From an uncultured delta proteobacterium (lineage in GTDB: Bacteria; Desulfobacterota; Binatia; UBA9968): a stretch of 64,000 nucleotides of DNA. Below the pieces are notes generated by a model. That model made no database searches. It had not been told where the DNA came from and was given only the letters and a program-made list of their open reading frames with translations. The DNA lies in assembly GCA_963804165.1 (NCBI GenBank), contig CAWDPO010000023.1, positions 96,001-160,000 of the forward strand. The letters run 5' to 3'. The position numbers were made by a program, and so were the translations under genes. Of the stretch, positions 26,333-37,196 are shown piece after piece. Numbering within the stretch: the first letter of the stretch is position 1; every line of letters starts with the position of its first letter.

Positions 26333-27055
26333 TCAGGCGAGAGACGCTATTACTCTCTTTTGCGCTTTTAGCAGCTCTTTGATCCCCTGCTGGGCAATCT
26401 CGGTCATGCGCTCCAGCTGCTTTTTTGTGAATGGAGAGCTTTCCGCGGTCCCCTGTACTTCAATGAATTTCCCGGCGCCGGTCATGACGAAGTTCATGTC
26501 GACGTCTGCCCGGCTATCTTCCTCATAACAAAGATCCAGATGAATCTTGCCGTCGATGACCCCGATGCTCACTGCGGCGACGGAATCCTTGATCGGGTCG
26601 GCGCTGATGAAGCCACGGCCGAGCCAGCCGCGCACGGCTTCCACCAGGGCGACATAAGCGCCGGTGATCGACGCCGTTCTCGTTCCGCCGTCGGCTTGGA
26701 TCACATCGCAATCAACCCATATCGTGCGCTCACCCAGGCTTTTCAGATCGGCAATTGCACGCAAGCTCCGACCAATGAGCCGTTGTATCTCGTGCGTGCG
26801 ACCGCCCACTCTGCCGCGCGAGGACTCGCGACCGACGCGTTGTTGTGACGAACCCGGCAGCATGCCGTATTCGGCGGTGATCCAGCCCTTGCCGCTGTTG
26901 CGCAGAAACGGCGGCACGCGCTCTTCGAGCTTCGCTGTGCAAATAACTTTGGTATCACCCATTTCAATCAATACCGAGCCTTCGGCCGTCTTGATATAGC
27001 TCGGCGTAATCTTCAGCGGTCGCAACTGTGTCGCTTGTCGTCCGTCTGATCTCAT
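26333..27055 (-). CDS. rph: ribonuclease PH
   Basis: [24 protein letters not shown] and FIEVQGTAE motifs. Confidence 0.97.
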   Translation of the reverse strand: MRSDGRQATQLRPLKITPSYIKTAEGSVLIEMGDTKVICTAKLEERVPPFLRNSGKGWITAEYGMLPGSSQQRVGRESSRGRVGGRTHEIQRLIGRSLRAIADLKSLGERTIWVDCDVIQADGGTRTASITGAYVALVEAVRGWLGRGFISADPIKDSVAAVSIGVIDGKIHLDLCYEEDSRADVDMNFVMTGAGKFIEVQGTAESSPFTKKQLERMTEIAQQGIKELLKAQKRVIASLA

Positions 27056-27070
27056 TCTTAGTCCGATCTT

Positions 27071-27110
27071 CCGTTCTAACTGTTCAAGCCGTTCAAATCG
27101 CTCAAACCGT
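27071..27110. repeat. degenerate 9-nt tandem repeat
   Basis: CCGTTCTAA CTGTTCAAG CCGTTCAAA TCGCTCAAA CCGT. Confidence 0.55.
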
Positions 27111-27176
27111 CTATCTCGGTTTAATTTTGCCCTTTTACCGTTGCTTTTTTTAGTATTGCCGATTTCTGGTCGCTTC

Positions 27177-28596
27177 TTAGCTATTCAAATGAAATACCAC
27201 CATCTTCAATTCGCTCATCTCCTGCACGGCATACTTCGGCCCCTCTTTGCCGAAGCCGGAATCTTTGAGACCGCCATAGGGCATCAAATCGACGCGCCAT
27301 TGCGATCCCCAGTTGACGTGCAGATTGCCGGCTTCCGCCTCGCGCGCGAACTTCATCGCCCATTCGACATTGTCGGTGAAAATGCCGGCGGAAAGACCGT
27401 AAACGCTATCGTTCGCCAGCGCGATCGCTTCTTCGATCGTCTCAAAGGGCGTCATCGCCACCGCCGGCCCGAATAATTCGTCGCGCGAGATGCGCATGTC
27501 CGGGTGCACATCCGCCACCACCGCCGGCAGATAAATCGCGCCGCGTCTGCCGCCGCCGGCGACCAGGCGCGCGCCACCGCTGACGGCTTCGCTGATCCAA
27601 TTGTCGACTCGAATCGCTTCACTCTCTTTTACCATCGGTCCGACTTTGGATTTTTCGTCAAGCTGATTACCTGTGGTTAGGGCTTCGACCTTTGGTTTCA
27701 TCGAGCTCAACAGATCGCCGTAAACCTTTTTTGCCGCCAAAACCCGTTGTGTCGATATACAAGTTTGGCCGGCATTGCCGTATCCGGTCATCGCCAAGAC
27801 GGTCGAAACTTTGTCCAAGTCCGCGTCGGGCATGACGATCACCGGACTATTCGAACCGAGCTCCATGGTTACTTTTTTAATTCCCGCCGTACGACAAATG
27901 CGCTCGCCGATCTCCCGGCTGCCGGTAAATGTGACCTTGCGCACGCGCCGGTCGGCGACCAACGCATCACCGATCTCGCCCCCCGAGCCGGTAAGGCATT
28001 GGATGCCTTCGGCAGGCAGACCGGCTTCGAGTAAAATCTCCGTCAGCTTCAGCGCCGACAACGGCGTATCCGAAGCCGGCTTTATGATAACGGAATTGCC
28101 GGCAGCCAGTGCCGGGTCCTACCTTATGGGCGACTAGGTTCAATGGAAAATTGAACGGCGCGATCGCCGCCACCACGCCGCAAGGGATGCGCAGGGTGAA
28201 ACCAAATTTTTTCGCGCCGGTCGGATCGGCATCCAACGGCACGGTTTCGCCGTACAAACGCTTGGCTTCTTCCGCCGAGCCCATGATGGTCTCGACCGCG
28301 CGGTTCGCCTCGCCGCGGCCTTCGGCGATGATTTTTCCTTCTTCTTTAGAAATAAGCTGACCCAATTCCTCGTTGCGGGCCGCCATCATGTCCGCCGCTT
28401 TGCGCAATATCTTCCAACGCTCATAGCTCGAGAGTTTGGCCATGACCTTGGCGCCGCGCTCGGCGTAGGCGAGCGCTTTCTCCAAGTCTTGGGCGTCGGC
28501 GCGCGGCACAGTATCGATCACCGAATTATCGAACGGGTTGGTCACTTCGATTTTTTTCGGCTTTTCGACCCAGTTACCGGCAAGAAATATTTTCAT
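27177..28596 (-). CDS. aldehyde dehydrogenase family protein (single frameshift near 28110)
   Basis: N-half with PFNFP and C-half with FTGS, MELG, catalytic GQTC and ELFGP lie in two overlapping frames. Confidence 0.88.
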
Positions 28597-28629
28597 GTTT
28601 CACCCCCTTCGAAACGCTCGTTTCGCGGC

Positions 28630-29595
28630 TCACTGATTATCCTCATCTCGACCCGCAGTGGCTCGATAAAAGCTCCGGCCGTAGGCGCGATGGAATGCGG
28701 TCCATTTTGACCCGGGCTCTTTTTCCGGCAGATTTTGAATCGCTTGAATTTTGCCGTCGAGGTCGTCCAGCGAATGTAGAATTACGGCTTCCACCGTCTG
28801 CGGCAACTTTGGCGAACCGAACTCGTAGGCGCCATGATGGCTGACCAGCATGTGCTTAACCAGCATTGCCAATTCTTCCGGGAAGTCCGGAATCGTTGCG
28901 ATCTTTTGGTTCACCAACTCGACTTCCATGACCAGGTGACCCAGAAGCTGACCGGCATCGGTGTATTCCACCGCTCGGTCAAAGGAAAACTCATAAACCT
29001 TGCCGATGTCGTGGAGAAAACCGCCGATGAGTAGGATGTCGACGTCGATATCGCGATAGTTCTCTACGACTTTGTGAATGAGCTTCAGCAAAGACAGAGT
29101 ATGCTCCAGCAACCCGCTCAAGTAAGGATGGTGAATCGTTTTGGCGCCGGGCGCGTGCTTCAGTAGATGCATCAAGTCCGCGTCGGCAAAGCAGGCTTCT
29201 GCGAGCGCGAGGAGATGCGGATTTTTGATGCCGCGGAGAATCGTTTGAAGCTCTTCCAGCATGGTTTCCGGATCGAAGACGCTCTTCGGCAAAAAATCTT
29301 CCGGCGCGACTTTAGCTTCATCGACGCGCATAACATCCTGTACCCGTATTTGCATTTTTCCTTGATACAGCGTCGCTTGGCCGCGCACGCGGACAAAATC
29401 ATTCTTGTCAAATCCCCGGCCCAGGTCATCGGCACGGTCCCACACCCGAGCTTCGATCTCGCCGCTGCGGTCGATCAGCTTGAGCGTTAAATAACTGCTC
29501 CCGCCTTTAGTGACGCCATGATTCTTCGACGCAACCAGAAACAGAGCGTCCACCAACTGATTGTCGCGAATATCAGCGGCGTACAGAGACTTCAT
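28630..29595 (-). CDS. OB-fold/HD-domain 3'-5' exoribonuclease, YhaM/Cbf1 family
   Basis: N-terminal OB fold, then HHPYLSGLLEHT, LHDIGK and SHHG..EFGSP. Confidence 0.88.
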   Translation of the reverse strand: MKSLYAADIRDNQLVDALFLVASKNHGVTKGGSSYLTLKLIDRSGEIEARVWDRADDLGRGFDKNDFVRVRGQATLYQGKMQIRVQDVMRVDEAKVAPEDFLPKSVFDPETMLEELQTILRGIKNPHLLALAEACFADADLMHLLKHAPGAKTIHHPYLSGLLEHTLSLLKLIHKVVENYRDIDVDILLIGGFLHDIGKVYEFSFDRAVEYTDAGQLLGHLVMEVELVNQKIATIPDFPEELAMLVKHMLVSHHGAYEFGSPKLPQTVEAVILHSLDDLDGKIQAIQNLPEKEPGSKWTAFHRAYGRSFYRATAGRDEDNQ

Positions 29596-29612
29596 GCGAA
29601 TACCCTCCGGCC

Positions 29613-29912
29613 TTATTTTAACGCCTGCGCCAACTCATAGAGCGAACGAACCAAAAAGCGCTGCAAAAAAACGATAGCGATCCACACCACGACCGGCGAA
29701 AAATCGAAGCCCCCGGCCAAAACTGGCAACCTCTGGCGCACTCGCTCCAGCACGGGCTCCGTCGCCCCGTAGAGGAACCGGACGATCGGATTGTTATTGT
29801 CGACATCGACGAAGGAAATAATGAACCGGCCGATCAAAATCCAAATATAGGCCCACAAGACATAGTCGAGCACTTGTGCTACGGCGACCAGCAGGTTCGC
29901 GAGAATAAACAT
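29613..29912 (-). CDS. yggT: YggT family membrane protein
   Basis: NPIVRFLYGATEPVL...DFSP; follows yggS. Confidence 0.9.
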   Translation of the reverse strand: MFILANLLVAVAQVLDYVLWAYIWILIGRFIISFVDVDNNNPIVRFLYGATEPVLERVRQRLPVLAGGFDFSPVVVWIAIVFLQRFLVRSLYELAQALK

Positions 29913-29916
29913 CAGG

Positions 29917-30609
29917 TCACGCGTTTCTAGGGCCAAAAAGCGCCGTGCCAATGCGCACGATCGTCGCGCCCTCTTCGACGGCGACGGCGTAATCGTGTGT
30001 CATACCCATGGACAATTCTTGCAGATCCACATTCAAATATCGCGACTCGTTTAGCTCTTCGCGCAGCTCCCGGAGCTTGCGAAAATAAGGCCGCACCTTT
30101 TCGGGATCGTCTCGAAAGGGCGGCACCGTCATCAACCCCTCGATGCGCAAGTTTGACAGCTTGGCGATCTCCTCGAGCAGCCTTGCAACGCCGTTTCGGT
30201 CGATGCCGCTCTTGCTTTCTTCCCCGCCGAGATTGACTTCGACAAGAGCGCGAATGTTCTTTCCGCGCCTACGTCCTTCCTTATCGAGCTCGCGCGCCAA
30301 TGCAACATTGTCCAGCGATTCGATCATGTCGAAGATCTCTACGGCCATTTTGGCTTTGTTGCGCTGCAAGCGGCCGATCATGTGCCACTCGACCCGGGCG
30401 GTAATTTGCTTTTTCTTTTCCTTCGCCTCCTGAACATAATTCTCGCCGACCAGGGTCACCCCGGCCGCGACGGCCATGCGCAGGGCGTCAATGCTCTGCG
30501 ATTTCGCCGCCGCGAGCAGTTTGATTTCACTCCCATCGCGCCCTGTTTTCGCCGCAGCTTCGCGTATATGATCGACAATGTTTCGGTAATTCGCTGCGAC
30601 ATCGACCAT
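29917..30609 (-). CDS. yggS: PLP-homeostasis protein YggS
   Basis: GENYVQE, WHMIG.LQ.NK, LSMGMT.DY and VRIGTALFG motifs. Confidence 0.95.
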   Translation of the reverse strand: MVDVAANYRNIVDHIREAAAKTGRDGSEIKLLAAAKSQSIDALRMAVAAGVTLVGENYVQEAKEKKKQITARVEWHMIGRLQRNKAKMAVEIFDMIESLDNVALARELDKEGRRRGKNIRALVEVNLGGEESKSGIDRNGVARLLEEIAKLSNLRIEGLMTVPPFRDDPEKVRPYFRKLRELREELNESRYLNVDLQELSMGMTHDYAVAVEEGATIVRIGTALFGPRNA

Positions 30610-30719
30610 GAGGGCAATTGCTTACCATATTAAGAATGATAATTCACTCTCGCTGGCCGCGTGGCTTGATTACCGCGAGGGAGTACAGTAGGTGTTTCCG
30701 CGACGGAGGAAAAATCGGC

Positions 30720-31511
30720 ATGCCGTTTGACTACCTTCCGATTATGGCGCAGAACTCGGCGCCCAAGCCGCCGCGCGAATTGGCATCACCGTCGAAACCA
30801 ATGTGGTGCTCGCTTAAAAAACCGCTTAGCGAATCGCGCGTCGCCCTGCTGAGCAGCGCGGCGCTGCGGCTGGCGAACCAGGAGCCATTCATCCCACGCG
30901 AAGATCTGAGTTACCGACGTGTAGCGTCGGATCCAGGGGCCGGCGTGATTGTCGTCGATCACCATTCAGGGATCGGCAGAGTTCCGAAAGAGGATCCTGA
31001 GATTGTGTTCCCGCGCACGGCGTTGGCAGAGTTGGTTGACCAACGAATCGTCGGAATGCTCTCACCCTTTCACTTGTCCTTCATGGGCGGCGTGCGGCGG
31101 CACCGTGAGATCGAGAATGATCTCGCCCCTGCCCTTGCCCAAGAGCTAATGCAGGCCGAAGTCGATCTCGCCCTCCTCGTCCCCTATTGACCCTTTTGCC
31201 ACGAGACCGTCGGTCTCATCGCTCACGTTATCGAAGGCCAAGGCATTCCCACGTTGGTGATTGGCACGGCACTCGACATCATGAGTAAAGTCACCCCTCC
31301 GCGCGCGGTTTTTGTCGACCACCCCGTGGGTCGCACTTTCGGCCCGCCCCATGACCGGCCACGGAATGAAACCGTTCTTGCCAGAGTGTTGGCGGAATTG
31401 CCGCGCTGCACGCCATCCGGTGAGATTCGCGACCTTCGCTGCGAGTGGATACCTGGAGGCAGCCGCGCTTGGGAGGCGGAATTGCGCGCGGAAATGGTGC
31501 ACGACCGTTGA
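30720..31511 (+). CDS. glycine/sarcosine/betaine/D-proline reductase selenoprotein B-like protein; in-frame UGA (31188-31190) probably Sec
   Basis: RBS GGAGGA before ATG 30720. KKPLSESRVALLSSA motif. The frame continues through TGA as LLVPY-U-PFCHETVGLIAHVIEGQGIPT (UxxC) and VTPPR..FVDHPVGRTFG. Confidence 0.8.
31203..31217 (+). promoter_or_regulatory. putative bacterial SECIS apical hairpin
   Basis: GAGACC-GTC-GGTCTC starts 12 nt after the UGA and has G as the first loop base. Confidence 0.6.
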
Positions 31512-31575
31512 CACTCGCAAAATTTTCATAGTTAATTGCCTGCGAGAAAAAACCCCGAAGGGACCGAAGACAGAT

Positions 31576-32598
31576 TTGATATCCACGAATTTTGTAAGAC
31601 TATTACTGGGCGTGGCCTGGACCCTGACGTTGGTTCTATCGGCCCAAGCCGCGCAGTTCTATGAAGGTAAGTCGATCAAGCTCATCGTTGGCTTCTCAGC
31701 CGGCGGCGGCTTCGACACCTATTCACGCCTGATCGCGCGCCATTTGGGCAGGCACATTCCAGGCAATCCGTCTATCGTCGTCGAGAACATGACCGGCGCC
31801 GCCAGCCTGGTTGCCGCCAATCATGTATATAAGGTAGCGAAACCCGACGGACTGACGATTCTCAACTTTCATGGCAATCAAGTGATCAATCAGGTGATCG
31901 GCAAACCAGGCATCGAGTTCGACGCCCGTAGGTTTGAATACATCGGCATCCCGACTCAGGATAACGTTGCCTGCGCGTTTACCAAAGCGAGCGGCATCAC
32001 GACATTCGACGCCTTGAGAAACGCCAAGACACCGGTGAAGCTCGGCGGCGTCGCGCCGGGCGATACGACGTATAACACCGCGAAGCTGCTGATCGCGTCG
32101 CTCAAGCTGCCGATTCAGCTCGTCGCCGGTTACAAAGGCACGGCTGAAGTTCGCCTCGCCGCCGAGGCGGGCGAAGTGGCGGGCGGTTGCTGGCAGTGGG
32201 AGTCGATAAAGTCGATATGGCGTCAGGGACTCGACTCGGGCAATGTTTTCATCGCCCTGCAGGTCAATGCGAAACCGCATCCCGAGTTAGCCAAAGTGGC
32301 AAATGCGATCGACTACGCGCCCAATGAAAACGGCAAACTCCTGCTCAAGTTCGGCGGCCACGACCCCGCCGCGATTACCAGGCCTTACGCTTTGGCGCCC
32401 GGGACCCCGAAGGATCGTGTGCAGCTATTACGCACGGCATTCGTCGAAACTCTCAAGGATCCTGAGTTCATGGCGGATGCGAAGAAATCGCGTCTCGATA
32501 CTGATCCATTGACCGGCGAAGAGATCGAAAAAATCGTTTTACAATTACTCAAGATGGATGCGACGCTGGTGAGCCAACTGAAAGAGATTCTAAAATAG
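31576..32598 (+). CDS. Bug/TctC-family tripartite tricarboxylate transporter substrate-binding protein
   Basis: Signal peptide, GFSAGGGFDTYSR, HIPGNP.IVVENM.GA, GYKG..E and PGTPKDRV..LR.AF; start uncertain (TTG 31576). Confidence 0.88.
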   Translation: MISTNFVRLLLGVAWTLTLVLSAQAAQFYEGKSIKLIVGFSAGGGFDTYSRLIARHLGRHIPGNPSIVVENMTGAASLVAANHVYKVAKPDGLTILNFHGNQVINQVIGKPGIEFDARRFEYIGIPTQDNVACAFTKASGITTFDALRNAKTPVKLGGVAPGDTTYNTAKLLIASLKLPIQLVAGYKGTAEVRLAAEAGEVAGGCWQWESIKSIWRQGLDSGNVFIALQVNAKPHPELAKVANAIDYAPNENGKLLLKFGGHDPAAITRPYALAPGTPKDRVQLLRTAFVETLKDPEFMADAKKSRLDTDPLTGEEIEKIVLQLLKMDATLVSQLKEILK

Positions 32599-32644
32599 GC
32601 CGTCTAATGCTATGAAGTTTGGCATTCAGTATTAAGGAGAAAAC

Positions 32645-33670
32645 ATGCCACACGCCGGATCAAAGATATCGGCACTTGTGTTTCTGGTTCTCGGCCTATG
32701 GGCGGCCTCCGTGTCTGCGCAGGACGGCTTCTTTAAGGGCAAGACCGTCAGGATTATCGTCGGTGCTTCAGCCGGGGGCGGTTACGACACCTATTCTCGC
32801 GCCATCGCCCGGCACATGGGCAAACACATACCCGGCAACCCGGCCATTGTCGTCGACAACATGCCCGGCGCGGGATTTCTGATCTCGGCGAACTACATGT
32901 ATAAAATCGCCAAGCCGGATGGCTTGACGATCGGTCATTTTATTGGAGGTCTTTTCCTCCAGCAACTACTCGGCAAGCCGGGTATAGAGTTCGACGCGCG
33001 CAAATTTGAATACATGGGAGTACCAGCGCAGGACAACTATATGCTCGCCGTGCACAAGAGCACCGGCATCACCAGCATCGATCAATGGCTGTCGTCGAAA
33101 ACCGTGGTTAAGCTGGGCGGCGTTGGTGTCGGTTCTGCTACCGACGATATTCCAAAGGTTCTAGGCGCTGCGATCGGCCTGCCGTTTCAGTTGGTCTCAG
33201 GTTATAAAGGCACTGCCGACGTTCGGCTGGCGTTTAACAGTCAAGAAATTCTCGGCGTCTGCAATTCGTGGGAATCATTCAAGGCCACCTGGAGCAAGGA
33301 GATTTCCTCAGGAGAAGCGATCGTCGTTTTGCAAAACGTCGCTAAACAGCACCCGGACCAACCGAAGATACCGCTGGCGATCAATTACGCCAAGACCGAA
33401 GAAGGGCAAAAACTTGTGCGCGCTTTGGTCCATAGTGTCGGCCCGACGGCGCGGCCTTACGTCTTACCTCCCGGCACCCCGAAAGACCGCGTGCAGATCT
33501 TGCGCAAAGCCTTCATCGACACCGTGAAAGACCCCGAATTTCTCGCGGATGCCGGCAAGGCGAAACTCGACATCAACCCACTCGACGGCGCTGAGCTGGA
33601 GAAAAACGTGAGAGAGGTTTTTAATCTCGACCCCAAGCTGATTCCACGCGCGAAGGAAATATTGAAATGA
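32645..33670 (+). CDS. Bug/TctC-family substrate-binding protein (paralogue of the upstream gene)
   Basis: GASAGGGYDTYSR, HIPGNP.IVVDNMPGAG and PPGTPKDRV motifs. Confidence 0.9.
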   Translation: MPHAGSKISALVFLVLGLWAASVSAQDGFFKGKTVRIIVGASAGGGYDTYSRAIARHMGKHIPGNPAIVVDNMPGAGFLISANYMYKIAKPDGLTIGHFIGGLFLQQLLGKPGIEFDARKFEYMGVPAQDNYMLAVHKSTGITSIDQWLSSKTVVKLGGVGVGSATDDIPKVLGAAIGLPFQLVSGYKGTADVRLAFNSQEILGVCNSWESFKATWSKEISSGEAIVVLQNVAKQHPDQPKIPLAINYAKTEEGQKLVRALVHSVGPTARPYVLPPGTPKDRVQILRKAFIDTVKDPEFLADAGKAKLDINPLDGAELEKNVREVFNLDPKLIPRAKEILK

Positions 33671-33720
33671 CCGTATCGATGGGACGGTCATCCTGAACAA
33701 AATTAGGATGTCGCGAAAGA

Positions 33721-33803
33721 TTTGGAGTATCGGGATATTGGACTTAATGGAGTGATGAAAATTTCCAACTCTCCTGCTCGCCGTCACTCCATATTCCCAA
33801 TCC
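33721..33803. repeat. degenerate 8-nt tandem repeat hairpin (TGGAGTRW / CACTCCAW type)
   Basis: TTGGAGTATCGGGATATTGGACTTAATGGAGTGA ... TCACTCCATATTCCCAATCC. Confidence 0.5.
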
Positions 33804-34516
33804 GCTAAGGCCGGCAATTAGTCGTCATCGCCTCGATAGTGGAGCAGTGTTACGAGTTCTCGTCGAAGAATTTGACGGAGAAGAGTTAGTGGACTTGGGC
33901 AAGCCTGGCACCCCAAATCCTGTGGGCGAAGTACTTTTCGAGGCGCCACGACGATCGGGATTCCTGCCAAGTATGCTACGGAATATGCACGATCGTTAAG
34001 TACAAGGCGGACTTGAACCGGGGCCGAAAGCATGAATAGAGCGTTGAGAGCCGCAGGAATTCGAAAAGAGGAGTTCGAGCAGGTGAAGACCGAGAGCGCG
34101 ATGGGGCTGGATAGATTTGCGTGAAGCGAAAAAGAGCCTTGCTCGCCTCACCATGCATTCCTTGTAACAGTGAGAGCCTTTCACGATTGGCTAGATTAGA
34201 AAGGCTGACCCCGGGCGTGTCTCTAACTTGCAAAACGTTGCTATCCATAAGGCCCACGCCAAGATCGAGACGCTGTGTAACGACTTGGGAATCGAAAGAT
34301 TGTAATGACTGGTTATGTGAGACCCGGCGCCTTTCCGCCCCTCACGATTGTACGATTCTGATTCCCTTTACCGCGTTTTTTCACTTAAGTATTCTGTCAG
34401 TTGTTTTCTGGCTTCCGGAAATCGCTCATGGCTTGTTGCCCCGCTAGACAAGAGCTGAGCTGTTACCTCGGTTCTTGCTACTGGCCAACCGAGAACTGCA
34501 ATAACGCTACGTTCAA

Positions 34517-35703
34517 GGAACCTCTGAATAACTACGTTATTTGGAAGGGGGCGATTATTTAAAACTGTTTCATGTTGACTAAGCGGCTCGGTGATTACAT
34601 CGGATGGGGTTTGCCTCGATTTCTTGGCCACTCAATGCGTTTGTGGACGGCCCAAGCTCCTCCCCATCGGACTACGCCAACAAAGCACGGCGCACTCGAT
34701 ACAGATTGGCCAGCGCAAACAGCGTGTAGATCTGTGCCGCGTTTTTCTTCAATCCCCGATACCGGGTCTTGATGTAGCCGAACTGGCGCTTGACCACCCG
34801 AAACGGATGCTCCACCTTGGCCCGTATACTGGACAGTTTTCTGTTTCTGCGCCGCTGCTTATGGCTCAAGCTCTTTTTGCTCTTGGCCTTGTCCAACACG
34901 CCCCAGAATAGTCCCGTCTTTCTCGCTGAGCGCTTATCCTGGTCGCTGAAGTAACCCTTGTCGGCAAACACCGCTTGCTCTTCTCCATGAAGGAGCGCTT
35001 CCATCTCCTGCTTGTCATGCACACTGGCCGTGGTCACTTTGACCGTGTGCACCAAACCGCTCTGACTGTCCGTTCCCGTGTGCACCTTCATGCCGAAGTG
35101 GTAGTTGTTGCCCTTCTTGGTCGAACTCATCTCCCCGTCGCGTTTCTTGTCCTTGTTCTTGGTCGAGGACGGCGCACCGATCAGCGTGGCGTCTACGATC
35201 GTGCCTTGTCTGAGCAAAAGCCTTTTCTCGCTCAAATACCCGTTGACCTCTTCCAACAGCTTCTCGGTTAACTGGTGCTTTTCCAGTAAGTGGCGAAAGT
35301 TTAAAATCGTGGTCTCATCGGGAATTTCTTCTTCCCCCAACTCTATCCCGGCAAATCGCCGCACCGACTCGATGTCGTACAACGCTTCTTCCATCCCGGG
35401 ATCGGACAACCCGTACCACTGCTGCACAAAGTATATCCGTAGCATCCGTTCCAACGGCATCGGTCGCCGTCCACTGCCGGCTTTGGGATAGTGCGCTTCG
35501 ATCAACGCCAGCAATTTCTCCCACGGCACCACTTGATCCATCTCAGACAAAAACTTCTCTCGCTTGGTCTGCTTTTTCTTTCCCGCCCACGCTAAACTCG
35601 CAAACGTTGTCTGCTCCTTCAATCTGTTTCCTCCTCTACCATTGTCGGTCTTGCTGCTTTTCGATATTAGACGACATTACTGAAGGGCTTGTTCAGAGAT
35701 TCC
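34517..35703 (-). mobile_element. IS5-family insertion sequence, complete (1187 bp)
   Basis: Imperfect terminal inverted repeats GGAACCTCTGAATAA / GGAATCTCTGAACAA. 4-bp TSD TCAA at 34513-34516 and 35704-35707. Confidence 0.93.
34672..35622 (-). CDS. IS5-family DDE transposase
   Basis: PDETTILNFRHLLE, IVDATLI, HFGMKVH, ADKGY and IRAKVEHPFRVVKRQFG motifs. Confidence 0.95.
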   Translation of the reverse strand: MKEQTTFASLAWAGKKKQTKREKFLSEMDQVVPWEKLLALIEAHYPKAGSGRRPMPLERMLRIYFVQQWYGLSDPGMEEALYDIESVRRFAGIELGEEEIPDETTILNFRHLLEKHQLTEKLLEEVNGYLSEKRLLLRQGTIVDATLIGAPSSTKNKDKKRDGEMSSTKKGNNYHFGMKVHTGTDSQSGLVHTVKVTTASVHDKQEMEALLHGEEQAVFADKGYFSDQDKRSARKTGLFWGVLDKAKSKKSLSHKQRRRNRKLSSIRAKVEHPFRVVKRQFGYIKTRYRGLKKNAAQIYTLFALANLYRVRRALLA

Positions 35704-37196
35704 TCAAGTACCCATTTTAAATTATCCCGTGCAACCGACAACGCAGTTATCATACGATCGGGGAATCGCTCACCATGAATAAGTTTATTGCGAACATTGG
35801 ATAATCCGATACCGTCTGAGTTAGGAAAAAGCGGCCACAAGTCTGACAACTCAATCGCGTAATCAGAACAAAAACGCTCGAAGGCATGCTGCAATGGTAT
35901 TCTATTGAGTTCGGCTAATTTCGAGTAGAGCAAAGCTCGGTCACTTTTTTCGATTGTCGGATCGACGGAGTTCTTGATAGCGCTTCGAATCGACCTGCTT
36001 ATCTTATTCCAGGCATCCTTTTCTGAAATGATGAATTCTAGTCGATTCCTTATTCGGTAATCGAGAAGTAGCTCCTCGAAGCCGGCGAAGAGGGACAAGA
36101 AAGATGACTCCAACGTCTGGTGCCTATTCGGAACCAAGGGCTGGATGCAGCCTTTGAGAGACGCTTTGCTTGGGTGGTTATTAAATCGGTCCCAGCAATT
36201 CGACAAAAACTCTTCAAAGTCACCGAGCGAAACTAATCCATAATTTATAGAAGGTTCTTGAGTGCCTGTGGGGAAATTCAAGTTACCCCTATAATATCTT
36301 GTATAGGTTTTGCCATCGGACGCTGACCACCCTATGCATGCGGTACGCGTTCTCGATCCTAGACCAGCAATCCATAAGAAATCATCGACGATTGGCAAGA
36401 TAGATGTATTAAATTCGTCTACTCCATCAGCTGACAATTTTCGGTCCATATATGCGACGAGAGTTGACCACTGTAACCGGTCACCGTTCGGAAGGGTTTT
36501 GTGTCTATACTCCCTATCGAAATCAAGTCGGATATCAGGAGTTAAATTCAGCCGAAGCTGACTTACCCTTTCCACTTCAACATTGCCTGTATAATGAGAC
36601 TTAGCAATGATCGCTGGCTGGAGCATAGTGTTTGGACTTACCCAGAGGGAAAATCGGGTGCTATCGGAAGTGCTGCCCTGTGTAGAATCTCCTAAGTATT
36701 GCACGACGCGAAGATCGTTTGGTTCTCCGGTGAATGTGCAGTCGTAAAGATTGGGACCCCACGCCGTTTCTCGCATATTTTCAAAATACACGTCTGGCGC
36801 TGAGATCTCGGCCGTTAGTCTTCCAAAGTAATCAAATGTCTTAGCTTTAAAGCCAGCCCGCCAAAATATAGATACCTGCTGCCACTGTTCGTGATTCGGT
36901 TTGAAGTCAAGTCGCGGCTTTGTGAGTGGATGCTCAGGAAGGTAAATTTTACAAGGAATATCGCTAAGCTCATAACCGCCTTTTGTTATCGTTGATTGAA
37001 CAAAAAAGTCTTCCTTTGTTTCGTTTTCTTGATTTTTTTCCATTTGTCAGTGGCTGTGTGTCTTAGTTATTTTCCAGAGCAGACAACAGTGGGCAGACTT
37101 CCAGGACTCAATTATCTTTGTTGATTTGTCAAAATCTAACCTACCGCTGATCCAATTCCCAGTTCTGAGCAGCGTTTGGTTTGCGAGCGGGGCAGT

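Larger units (their letters stand above)
34368..37043 (-). pseudogene. ApeA-like HEPN-domain protein (494 aa when reconstructed) interrupted by IS5
   Basis: The 458-aa ORF has FLSLFAGFEELL and the HEPN RxxxxH motif RNKLIH. Removing the IS and one TCAA copy restores ...LKWVLE|RSVIAVLGWPV...SEKTR* in frame. Confidence 0.75.

Noticed and set aside
33818-34360. Short ORFs on both strands between the Bug genes and the HEPN C-terminus
   Set aside because: All frames are broken by stops and match nothing I recognise. Probably pseudogene debris; no integrase motif seen.
34368-34631. 87-aa ORF as an independent gene
   Set aside because: Its start lies inside the IS5 end and its 3' part is the severed C-terminus of the HEPN gene.
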